From Macrostomum lignano (Eukaryota): a stretch of 34,503 nt of DNA. The position numbers and the translations under genes were made by a program. Position 1 is the first letter of the stretch. The number at the start of each line of letters is the position of its first letter. Shown piece by piece: positions 20,856 to 32,417 of the stretch. The notes under the pieces were generated by a model. That model did no database searches. It was given only the letters and a program-made list of their open reading frames with translations, and was not told the DNA's origin. The stretch covers positions 1 to 34,503 of the forward strand of contig NIVC01004810.1 of NCBI GenBank assembly GCA_002269645.1, written 5' to 3'.

Positions 20856-20908
20856 TGGCACTCTCTTCAGCGCCACATAGCCTGGCAAGTGTAGCAGTCG
20901 AATTTTGC
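20856..20908. other. 53-bp copy of M1AP coding sequence (19736-19788) embedded in AT-rich DNA
   Basis: 51/53 identical, same orientation, offset 1120 bp. Both differences are CG>CA. Confidence 0.9.
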
Positions 20909-22546
20909 AATTTTGTGCAATTTGCAATTTTATGAAAATTGCAATAATTGCAATAATTGCAATAATATTAATAATTTTAAAATTGCCAAACCATGCCAAA
21001 GCATATAAATTATGCAATATACTCATATGTTTCAATATATACCATTAAGGGTATAAACTATGTAAAACTAAATATTCTGAAGTACTATGAAAATTAATTT
21101 TGAAATAAAAATCTTAGAATAGCACACTTGTTTTTAAAACTGTGGCAAGTGTAGCCAGTGGACAATACTTCAAGCTTCACAACTGAGAAAATAAATGAAA
21201 GAGGATGTAAAATTTGAATACAGAACTGCACACTTTTATAAGAATAAAAATGGTAATCATGCAGGTATAGTAAAACTAACTGTTAAACTTTTAAAATGTA
21301 GCCAGCCATACTACAACATTTAACATATCAGTTTATGGTCTCATAAAAGTTTCAGCCATTTCATATCAGCAGTAGCTTCAGAAACAAGTACTGGTGAGCC
21401 AGCACGGCTAAAGCAAGAGTCAAAAACAACCAGCAAATTTACATGGCATAAAGTAAATATACATAACAGTACAATTAAAAATCCAAATTTGCATAACTGG
21501 TATGACTGCCCATACAAAAAGTGCATTCTATGGTCCTGCAGAGTATCAAAACATTTTAACTCTTTAATAGTAAATAGATATAGATTTTAGTATATTGGAT
21601 TATCATGATTAAAGTTGCGCGTGTGTGAAATTTGCAGATCGCCAGTGTCGTCTTTTTTCTTTTCGTTTCTAATTACAAGCATTTTTTTAATTTTTAAGTT
21701 TTTTTTGTAAAAAGTATGTCCTACGTTTAAATTTCTGGTTAATCTTTTTAGCAAAAGAGTTGGCTTTGTTTAATGATGCGGATTCCGGGCTTTTTAAAGA
21801 ATCGAACTCTGAGAAAGTGATTTGTTCCATTTGTTACAAGTTTCTAATGTGGACTCTACGAGGTTGCTGTTTAGATAAAATTGTACTAGCGCTTACAATT
21901 TTATTTAAGCGACATTAAAATATAACTCAAACAGTAATACAGCGATATTGAGAAAAATGACCAAGAAGTAAAAGTTGTACCAAGTCTTTTAACGTCGTCG
22001 CTGTATTTGTGCAAATTTGGTCGTAAAGCGAGCAATATATCATTGGTTTTCCTCCTTATGGGATTTAAATAAGATGCATAAGAGCTAGGGACTAAAACTG
22101 TTGCGTTTTTTATTTTATGCAGCTTTAAAGCTTTTAAAACTGAGATCAAGCACGGAATTTACATGTAAATATAGTTGGCCATGACTAATGGCGCAAGAAA
22201 TAATAAAATATTTAGTCCTTTACAAGAAAATATTGATATACAGACAATACTAAGCTGCTAGAGTGAAAGCCACTCCTTTAAAAATTAATCCTGTATTGGC
22301 GTGGCAATGCATATTTCTAAGCACTTAGCCCAAATATTTGTTTTTACCTAACTATTTATCTCAATATGGGCCACGTAACATACGAAATCGTCGGCGTGGA
22401 AATTTTGAAGAGAAAATTTAAATCCACAGATTTTATTTTATTTTTTCTATTAGTTAAACATACTGAGTAATGGCAGTGGGCCACCATGGCAGTGCAGTCC
22501 TATCGATAGACTAGGCATATTGAACAGTATTATCTGAGTTTAAACG

Positions 22547-24227
22547 TATAAACTATGCATTTTGTTTGATATTATTTAATTAAATTAACTGGTATAAAAG
22601 TTAGGCTAAGGCAATGTCTTTAGACTTTAGTGTTTGTTGTAGTTATATAGATATAGAAACTCAGAGCATACAAAATTATTACCACTCAGCCAGACTCATT
22701 TTGGTATTATGATAATTAAATTAGGCCCTAGCTACTTTATTAGGCCTAACTCTTTGGACAGTTTTTATCATGCATTTGTTTGAAATTGCCAGTTGTTAAT
22801 GTTAATTCAATTATTTTGTATAAGGTACTTTTTTAAAATTCTATTTTATAGTCTTTCTTAGAATACTTTATATAGGGTTTATATCTAAAGACTTTGATAA
22901 TGATAGCTAGTTTAATATAGGTTAGGCTATATCATACATACATAATACCCAGCCAACCTAGCCAATCTAGCTAGCTGACAAGGGGCCCAGCCCCTTGCCA
23001 AGGTAAGTTACAAAAATTCCCACCCAAAAAGTATAGATGTAGTACTTATTAGATGATTAAACAATTTAGCTTTAATAATATAGTCATAGTAGGCTAGTTA
23101 GACCTTTTCTTATTATTCATCCAAAATTATATTAATTTTTGCTTACCTTAGCTTAGGTTTTTTATAGGTAAGTCACAATTTTTGTCAAAAAGTAAGTTGT
23201 ATGGCCAGTGTAAATCAGGGTGTTACTATTATATATATATATAAATGCATTATATATTATATTTTGTATTAGTATTTGAAAGGCAAAGTTTTACTATAGC
23301 TCATAACTGGAATTTACTTATATGTGTCTATAGCCATATCTAACTTTTCCTATTACTGAATCTATATTAATATCTAAAGACTATATCTACATCTATAGTT
23401 ATTAAATTTTCTATATCTTCCTATAACTTTTAATGATATTAAAGCTAGTGATAACATGAATAAATAAAAGATAAATAAATTCCTAATTCTTAAGGTCTCA
23501 AAGCAAATAATCAATCTTATTATCATAGGCTTTTTTATCTAAAACTATTTTTATTATAACTGTATCTCATTAAAATCTTATTGCTTGAATTCTTGACCTA
23601 GGACTTTAGAGATCCTTTGATTTAAAATGAAAACATTCATCTGAACTATAGCTCTTATTATCTTTGTAATAAAATTTAACATAAAAAACCTTGGTAGCTT
23701 AAGTATTCCAACCTAAAGAGATTTATAGTTCCTCTTATAATAGCTTTCAAATAGGCAATATTTATTTACTTTCACTTCTATTGTTCTACTCCTACCTACC
23801 AAATCAATAATTTTAATGGTCTTTCAAGTCTTAGTTATTGAATGGCAAATATTATTTGATCTAGGACCCTAGCTTAGCTTAGACACTATCTAGGGTCAAG
23901 AACCTATATTTTATTTGAAATATAGCTTTTATTTGAAATCTGACATTTTATTGTCAGTAACAATTGACTTTCTAGCCTTAATGTTAACTTTTCTTATTAC
24001 AATCAAGTACCTTTATATAGCATGTTAGAAATATAAATAGCCAACTACTCATAGTAGTAAACAATAAAAAACTGCTTATCTCAAAAAAATTTATCCCAAA
24101 AATGGGCCTTACTATAACATACCAGTTCAACATTGTATAATAATTGTTATACATATATATTCATAAACAAAAAATTATAACAAGACCAAACATTGAAAAA
24201 CTTAATTAAAATTCAAAGGATATCATT
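22547..24227. other. AT-rich, CpG-free, TA-rich block containing mutated copies of nearby satellites
   Basis: No CG dinucleotide found by eye in 1,681 nt. Decayed copies of the 30-bp and 17-bp satellites at 23865-23904 and 23941-23990. Confidence 0.8.
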
Positions 24228-24292
24228 CGTGCACTTTGCAGTAGATTTAATTCAACAGTGCAGGGAAGCATGTCAATAATCAGCCTGCAGTC

Positions 24293-27200
24293 ATGACTGA
24301 ATCAGATGACAATTTGACAGCTAAACAAGCTGATGAAAGTGGTGAAGGTAGGCTGTCATCTCTATCAGGACTGCAACCATCGCAACAAATTGAATTTGAA
24401 GGTTAGTAAACTGTACTACTCTAATAAACCAGATGCCTAGACAATGTTTAAATGTGTCTGTTCTAACCTGCGCACCTTTAATTCCTTTGAATGCCTGCAG
24501 ACTGCCTATCCGAGCTATTGGCTAATTTGACTAAATCGCAGGCAAAATGTTTAAATCGAATGCGAAGATTTGAATGGCCAGCGTCTGTTCGTAAGTTGAT
24601 ATTATGATTTATGAATATGCTGGGCGATTGAGGGATTAGCGACTAGTGAAGCAGCAAAATAAGGGATTAGCGACTAGTGTAGCATCAGACTGAGGGATTA
24701 GCGGCTGCTGAAGCATCAGAGTGAGGTATTAGTGGCTACTGGAGCATCAGACTGAGGGATTAGCAGCTACTGAAGCATCAAGAGTGAGGGATTAGCGGCT
24801 GCTGAAGCATCAGAGTGAGGTATTAGTGGCTACTGGAGCATCAGAGTAAGGGATTAGCGGCTGCTGAAGCATCAAGAGTGAGGGATTAGCGGCTGCTGAA
24901 GCATCAAGAGTGAGGGATTAGCGGCTGCTGAAGCATCAAGAGTGAGGGATTAGCGGCTACTGAAGCATCAAGAGTGAGGGATTAGCGGCTACTGAAGCAT
25001 CAGAGTGAGGGATTAGCGGCTACTGAAGCATCAAAGTGAGAGATTAGCGGCTACTGAAGCACCGATAAAGAGAATTAGGTAATAAATAAAAAGAAACATT
25101 CACAAAAGCATCTAACTAGGCCCCAAGCATTTCCTACACGTGCTCCCTCACCGCAGCCTGGCTAATGTCTCTGTCCTGTCGAACCTGCGAAGATGCCGAA
25201 CAAATATTACGCCGATTGCGTCGTCGTTTCGCCGCCGTTGCGTCTACCATTGGCGCATCTGACAGCGCAGATACAGGAGATGAGTCAGCTAGAGCCGGCC
25301 TCCCAGCCGAGTTAAGAGGCCTCGAACAATGCCTTAGCGTTGAACTGACTGCGGCAATGCAGAAATATCAATGTAAGTAGCTCCAATGACAGGAAATTAG
25401 AGTGCCTATCTACTAAATCAGGGGTCGGCAAACCTAGCGCATGACTGCGGGCAACATTGAGCGGGCTGAATTGCTATTGTGAAGTTTATTTAATATTTTT
25501 TTCGCATTTTTGTCAGCCGGGGAGATACCTGCTGGCGGCAGCCTGTTAGACAGTCCCGGTCGGCTATCCCGCCTCAACTGCGCCCGGGCTCGACGGTCTC
25601 AGTTCGCCGCCGCTGCCGCCTCCGCCTCCTCCTTTTCTGCTGAGTCCCCAGTGTCCGCCCCAGGCCTGTTGAGCGCGCTGCCAGATTCCACCTATTCGCT
25701 GTTGTGCTCCGTGTCCGATCTGCTAATTAATCTCTGGCTGTCTGCTGCCAATCAGCACGGTGAGCTGGGCTTTCTGGGAAATTTTTATCTTCTAGAAGAT
25801 TTTCATTCGGGTTTAGGGCAATTTCACTGTCAGTGACAATTGACTGTCAGGACGACAATTGACGGTCAGTGACAATTGACGGTCAGTGACAATTGACGGT
25901 CAGTGACAATTGACGGTCAGTGACAATTGACTGTCAGTGACAATTGACTGTCAGGACGACAATTGACGGTCAGTGACAATTGACTGTCAGTGACATTTGA
26001 CTGTCAGTGACATTTGAATGTCAGTGGTAATTTATTTTACTGTCAAGGTGACATTTGACTGTCAGGGTGACAATTGACTGTCAGTGACAATTGACTGTCA
26101 GTGACAATTGACTGTCAGGGTGACAAACAACTGTCAGTGACATTTGAATGTCAGTGACAATTGACTGTCAAGGTGACAACTGTCAGTGACAATTAACTGC
26201 CAAGGTGACAATTGACTGTCAGGGAGATAATTAACTGTCAGTGACATTTGACTGTCAGGGTGACAATTGACTGTCAGTGACAATTGACTGTCAGGGTGAC
26301 AAATAACTGTCAGTGACATTTGAATGTCAGTGACTTTTGAATGTCAGTGACAATTGACTGTCAGTGACAATTGACTGTCAAGGTGACAACTGTCAGTGAC
26401 AATTAACTGCCAAGGTGACAATTGACTGTCAGGGAGATAATTAACTGTCAGTGACAATTGACTGTCAGGACGACAATTGACGGTCAGTGACAATTGACGG
26501 TCAGTGACAATTGACTGTCAGTGACGACGGTCAGTGACAATTGACTGTCAGTGACATTTGACTGTCAGTGACATTTGACTGTCAGTGACATTTTACTGTC
26601 AGTGACATTTGACTGTCAGTGACATTTGAATGTCAGTGGTAATTTATTTTACTGTCAAGGTGACATTTGACTGTCAGGGTGACAATCGACTCAGTGACAT
26701 TTGACTGTCAGGGTGACAAATAACTGTCAGTGACATTTGAATGTCAGTGGTAATTTATTTTACTGTCAAGGTGACATTTGACTGTCAGGGTGACAATTGA
26801 CTGTCAGTGACAATTGACTGTCAGTGACAATTGACTGTCAGGGTGACAAATAACTGTCAGTGACATTTGAATGTCAGTGACTTTTGAATGTCAGTGACAA
26901 TTGACTGTCAGTGACAATTGACTGTCAGTGACAATTGACTGTCAGTGACAATTGACTGTCAGGGTGACAAATAACTGTCAGTGACATTTGAATGTCAGTG
27001 ACTTTTGAATTTCAGTGACAATTGACTGTCAGTGACACTTGACTGTCAGGGTGACAACTGTCAGTGACAATTAACTGCCAAGGTGACAATTGACTGTCAG
27101 TGACATTTGACTGTCAACCCTAGCCCAAACGCTAACGTTAACTTAAATCGTCGACATCTTTTAGTATTCGACACCTTTTACTTGTATCTTTTTACTCGGA

Positions 27201-30200
27201 TTGTTCAGTGTTTAACGCTTTCTCCTTGTTGTCCAGGTCCAGCAGAAATCATTACTATTGATGAGGTGAATATCTAATATATTTTAAGGCATTGAATATG
27301 AAACAACTGAGGTATGTCTTTAATCCATTTTTAGTCCCGTTTGCCGGTTATTTGTGAGTCATCCTGAACCCAGTAGTTATCATAGTCTGTAACTAAATTT
27401 TTATCACCAATCGATGGCGGGTATATCTGCATTATACTACTGTTTAGAAGTAGTGTTTTTGCATACTTCACAAACTCATTCTATAAGCCTGCTTGAATTT
27501 CTGTGGGCGCGTGGTTGTCACTGCTTTTAGTCAGCCCTTAATGTCGCTTTTAGGGTCATATAACTCCACCTTAGATATGCTTTTAAAATCATGGCCCATT
27601 TTGGGTTCTGTTTTTTGACATAACCCCACCTCAGACACAATGTCTAGGGTCGAAACCCCAGCTCAGACACTGTCTAGGGTCGAGACCCCAGCTCAGACAC
27701 TCTAGGGTCAAGACCCCAGCTCAGACACTGTCTAGGGTCAAGACCCCAGCTCAGACACTGTCTAGGGTCGAGACCCCAGCTCAGACACTGTCTAGGGTCG
27801 AGACCCCAGCTCAGACACTGTCTAGGGTCGAGACCCCAGCTCAGACACTGTCTAGGGTCGAGACCCCAGCTCAGACACTGTCTAGGGTCGAGACCCCAGC
27901 TCAGACACTGTCTAGGGTCGAGACCCCAGCTCAGACACTGTCTAGGGTCGAGACCCCAGCTCAGACACTGTCTAGGGTCGAGACCCCAGCTCAGACACTG
28001 TCTAGGGTCGAGACCCCAGCTCAGACACTGTCTAGGGTCGAGACCCCAGCTCAGACACTGTCTAGGGTCAAGACCCCAGCTCAGACACTCTAGGGTCGAG
28101 ACCCCAGCTCAGACACAATGTCTAGGGTCGAAACCCCAGCTCAGACACAATGTCTAGGGTCAAGACCCCAGCTCAGACACTGTCTAGGGTCAAGACCCAG
28201 CTCAGACACAATGTCTAGGGTCGAAACCCAGCTCAGACACTGTCTAGGGTCAAGACCCCAGCTCAGACACTCTAGGGTCGAGACCCCAGCTCAGACACTC
28301 TAGGGTCGAGACCCCAGCTCAGACACTGTCTAGGGTCAAGACCCCAGCTCAGACACTCTAGGGTCAAGACCCCAGCTCAGACACTCTAGGGTCAAGACCC
28401 CAGCTCAGACCCTCTAGGGTCGAGACCCCAGCTCAGACACTCCATGGTCGAGACCCCAGCTCAGACCCTCTAGGGTCAAGACCCCAGCTCAGACACTCTA
28501 GGGTCAAGACCCCAGCTCAGACACAGGTGTCTCCAATGGTGCACAATGCTTTCTATGGTCACCTATCCGCCTTAGACTCTGTTCAAAGCTTCACGCCACC
28601 CTAAGCAATGTATAGTAGATATCACATCACATTGCATAGTCCTCCAACCTACTCAATCCAGAGGGCCCACGCGCGGTTTGGACGAGCAGCCGGCGCTGGT
28701 ATCTGCGCTGCCTCGCTGACGCGGGCGTAGCTTCCAGTTCTAACGGGCTGGACGGGCAATCCAGCGTTGTGGAGACTGCCAGCGGCGACAAGGATATGCG
28801 CCAGTTCGTCCGGCTGGCATTGGCGCGCTACCTGGACGCGCTGGAGGCCAACACGAAAGTTTCTAGAAAGAGGAGCGCGCCCGCTTCCATCAGCAGTTGC
28901 AGCGGGAGCGAAACGGAAGGTACAACAAATTCATTCAGTATCTTTTAATAATCACCCTTTGTGTCCTTGCATGACCCCTTAATGAACTCCAGCAATTTGA
29001 TTCAATCTTCATTAGGAATCGATCTCCTTGAAGAATCGCCCTTCGATCTCATTGAAGAATCGCCCTTCGATTTCATTTAAGAATCGCCCTTCGATCTCAT
29101 TGAAGAATCGCCCTTCGATCTCATTTAAGAATCCCTTCGATCTCATTTAAGAATCGCCCTTCGATCTCATTGAAGAATCGCCCTTCGATCTCATTTAAGA
29201 ATCCCTTCGATCTCATTTAAGAATCCCTTCGATCTCATTTAAGAATCGCCCTTCGATCTCATTTAAGAATCCCTTCGATCTCATTTAAGAATCGCCCTTT
29301 GATCTCATTTAAGAATCGCCCTTCGATCTCATTTAAGAATTCCTTCGATCTCATTTAAAAATCGCCCTTCGATCTCATTTAAGAATCGCCCTTCGATCTC
29401 ATTCAAGAATCGCCCTTCGATCTCATTTAAGAATCCCTTCGATCTCATTTAAGAATCGCCTTTGATTTCATTCATGAATCCCTTCGATCTCATTTAAGAA
29501 TCCCTTCGATCTCATTTAAGAATCGCCTTTGATTTCATTCAAGAATCCCTTCGATCTCATTTAAGAATCCCTTCGATCTCATTTAAGAATCGCCCTTTGA
29601 TCTCATTCAAGAATCCCTTCGATCTCATTTAAGAACCGTAAATAATGCTCTGACACCACTTCAACAGACCGCCGCCAGCAGCAGCAGAAATCCGAGGAAG
29701 TCCTGTACCCTGCTTCCGGCCTGTTCTGCCGCAATATTGTCATTGATTTGGGCGCGGACCGGAACGCTAGTTTGTTAGCAACTGACCAAACACCAGACAC
29801 CCGTAAAGCCGATGAGCAGGCGGAGGCCGACCGCCCGGAACCGGATAGTCAACAAGATTTTACCGAAGCCTGCGAGACTGTTGATCCGTCCAGCATTGAA
29901 CAGAACGGCGGCGCTGTACAAGACGACGAGGAGGACGACTCTTGCAGCATCGATCTGGACAATCTAGAAGTGGTTGACGACCTTGTTAACGACTGCGCTT
30001 TAAGTTTAGTGGGTCCGGAACACGTCATCGGCGGCGAGGATAGCAACGGCGCTGTTGATAAGGACGCCAGCAATGGTGAAGCCTGCATCCTGCTGGAACA
30101 GCCGTCAAGCAGCGACTGTCCCGATCCGCTGATGCGTCTAGACACTACCGACCCCAGTCAGGAGTACACCGTGCCAGCTGCCCTTGCCGATGCCTACAGC

Positions 30201-32349
30201 CGACTGTCCACCGTCATTGCCGCCTGCAGTGTCGGCGTCGCCGACTTGTCCACTAGCAATCCACAGTCGGGATCGGCTGCGCCAGCTGATAGTCGCGAGT
30301 TCGTCCCCTACGCGGGAGCGGCAGTCGTCAGTCCCAGCCAGTGCGGCTTGTGTCGGAAGTACGCCTCCGTGCAGCCGGTTGGCGACACCAAGGCCAGGCG
30401 GAGGCAGCTGCGCCCCTTGCTGCCAAGGCCGCCGCGGCCTCCGCCTCCACCACTGCCGCCGTCATCAAACGAGATGATAGACTTGGACGTGTCGCGTTCG
30501 CTGAAGCTGCTTATTCGATTCGAATCTCGGCTGGGCTCTGATCCTCCGCCGCCGCCTTCAATTTCCTCTTTTCCGCCGCCGCCACCTCCGCCCCCTCGAG
30601 CACCAACGATAGCGTCGGAGCCTCCGGCAGCACCAATGAGTGCAGTGTCGGAGCCTCCATCTGCACCAGCGACTACAGCGTCGGAGCCTTCATCAGCACC
30701 AACGACTACACCGTCGGAGCCTCCATCAGCACCAAGGACTACACCGTCGGAGCCTCTATCAGCACCAACGACTACACCGTCGGAACCTCTGGCAGCACCA
30801 ACGACTACACCGTCGGAGCCTCCATCAGCACCAAGGACTACACCGTCGGAGCCTCTATCAGCACCAACGACTACACCGTCGGAACCTCTGGCAGCACCAA
30901 CGACTACACCGTCGGAGCCTCCATCAGCACCAAGGACTACACCGTCGGAGCCTCTATCAGCACCAACGACTACACCGTCGGAACCTCTGGCAGCACCAGC
31001 GACTACAGCGTCGGAGCTTCCATCTGCACCAACGACTACAGCGTCGGAGCCTCCATCAGCACCAGCGACTACAGCGTCGGAGCTTCCATCAGCACCAACG
31101 ACTACAGCGTCGGAGCCTCCATCAGCACCAACGACTACACCGTCGGAGCCTCCATCAGCACCAACGACTACACCGTCGGAGCCTCCATCAGCACCAACGA
31201 CTACACCGTCGGAGCCTCCATCAGCACCAACGACTACACCGTCGGAGCCTCCATCAGCACCAACGACAGCGTCGGAGCCTCCGGTAGGACCAGCGACTAC
31301 AGCGTCGAAGCCTCCATCAGCACCAACGACAGCGTCGGAGCCTCCGGTAGGACCAGCGACTACAGCGTCGGAGCCTCCGGCAGCACCAGCGACTACAGCG
31401 TCTGAGACTCAGCCCCGTCGCGTGTCGACATCCTCCGAGGCGGACACCTTCGTAGCCGACCAGTCAATCCAAGACGTGACGCAATCGATGGAGTCGCTAA
31501 TAGCGGGCGAATTGAGCTCGGTCGAATCTGAGCTGGCGTCGGTCATCGCACGAGGCGAATCGCTGCTGCTCCAACAGCCGAGTTTCGGGCCTACCTGGCC
31601 AGAGTCGCCGCCAGAATCGTCCAACGTCTTTCCAGCTGTGGACACTGTTGTTGGCCAAGCTGTTGGCTTATTGGCTAGCGATTTGGCCAAAACTGAGGAG
31701 GATTCTAACAGCAGCAGCAGAGCTAGAATGATTGACAGCTCGAATCAGCGTCAGTCGCTAGTTGCTAAGCGGATCGGTGGTCTTCGGACTTTATCGCAGT
31801 TTACCCAGTTGACCGTCGGTTCGAAGCGCAACTGCTGGCCAACGACTTCGGCCAATACCACAGCGGCAACTGGCGGCCAAGCCAGCGAGCAAGTCAGCAG
31901 CAGCAGTGGCGGAGGCGACGAGCCAGCCGCTGAAGTCGTCGTCCCTGAAGCTGGCGATGCAAACGACTTTGACAATGGCAACAGTCGCAGTTTGGGCCTG
32001 AAGTGGCGTCCAATCATGTTCAGCTGGGCAAAGTCCGGCAGCTCTGCTGCAGCCAAGCAGCGCCGGCTGGCACCCGCCGCCACGGCCTCCCCAGTCGACG
32101 AATCTGGCGACGCTGGCGAACCCGAAGCCGTCATTGATCCGGTAAAGGCCTTCAAATATTGCAATTCAACCTTACATAAGAAAAACCATAGGATTATAAT
32201 ATAGAAAGATTATCCTAATGCTTGCTGACCAGTTGCCTTTAGTAGAATGTTAAGCATTTGTTGTTATTTTCTCTCCTCAGGCCCGGTTAAGTTTGATGTC
32301 GCGCAGATCCTGGCGTCGATTCTCTGATCGGCTTCGAGTCCTGCCCTGA
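24293..32349 (+). CDS. Uncharacterised multi-exon gene; exons 24293-24401, 24501-24590, 25157-25372, 25517-25759, (optional microexon(s) 27237-27353), 28662/28664-28919, 29668-32141, 32281-~32349; large disordered Pro/Thr/Ser-rich exon
   Basis: Consecutive GT-AG introns with consistent phase 1 give one open frame (MTESDD..EFE|DCLSELL..WPASV|PWLMSLSCRTC..KYQ|SGEIP..NQH|EGPRAVW..ETE|DRRQQQQK..). No family was recognised. The start codon and last exon are uncertain. Confidence 0.75.
24629..25062. repeat. Intronic minisatellite, 31-32-bp unit AGAGTGAGGGATTAGCGGCTGCTGAAGCATC, ~14 copies
   Basis: Seen directly. Confidence 0.95.
25827..27117. repeat. Intronic minisatellite, 17-bp unit CAGTGACAATTGACTGT, ~75 copies with higher-order sub-duplications
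   Basis: Seen directly. Variant blocks recur, for example near 26016, 26628 and 26739, and near 26170 and 26380. Confidence 0.95.
27630..28524. repeat. Intronic minisatellite, 30-bp unit GACCCCAGCTCAGACACTGTCTAGGGTCGA (28-bp variants), ~30 copies
   Basis: Seen directly, with a homogeneous core at ~27770-28060. Confidence 0.95.
29026..29634. repeat. Intronic minisatellite, 24/22-bp unit GATCTCATTTAAGAATC(GC)CCTTC, ~26 copies
   Basis: Seen directly. Confidence 0.95.
30613..31406 (+). repeat. Coding minisatellite, 33-bp unit encoding SEPPSAPTTTP, ~24 copies
   Basis: Seen in the DNA and in the 818-aa ORF translation. Confidence 0.95.
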
Positions 32350-32417
32350 GAAATCCATTGTTGACTGGAGTGTCAGCCTTTAGTGCATCTATTATTGTCT
32401 TTTAGCGTGTTCTTGCA

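Noticed and set aside
20340-21410. 11-13-mer matches between the AT-rich DNA and other parts of the window
   Set aside because: Matches this short are expected by chance in 34 kb. Only matches of about 30 bp or more were used as primary evidence.
25827-29634. Arrays of 17-30-bp repeats as possible CRISPR arrays
   Set aside because: The units are directly tandem with no unique spacers, there are no cas genes, and they lie in eukaryotic introns.
30640-31287. 215-aa His/Gln/Arg repeat ORF overlapping the PTS exon
   Set aside because: An alternative frame of the 33-bp repeat with no splice or start support.
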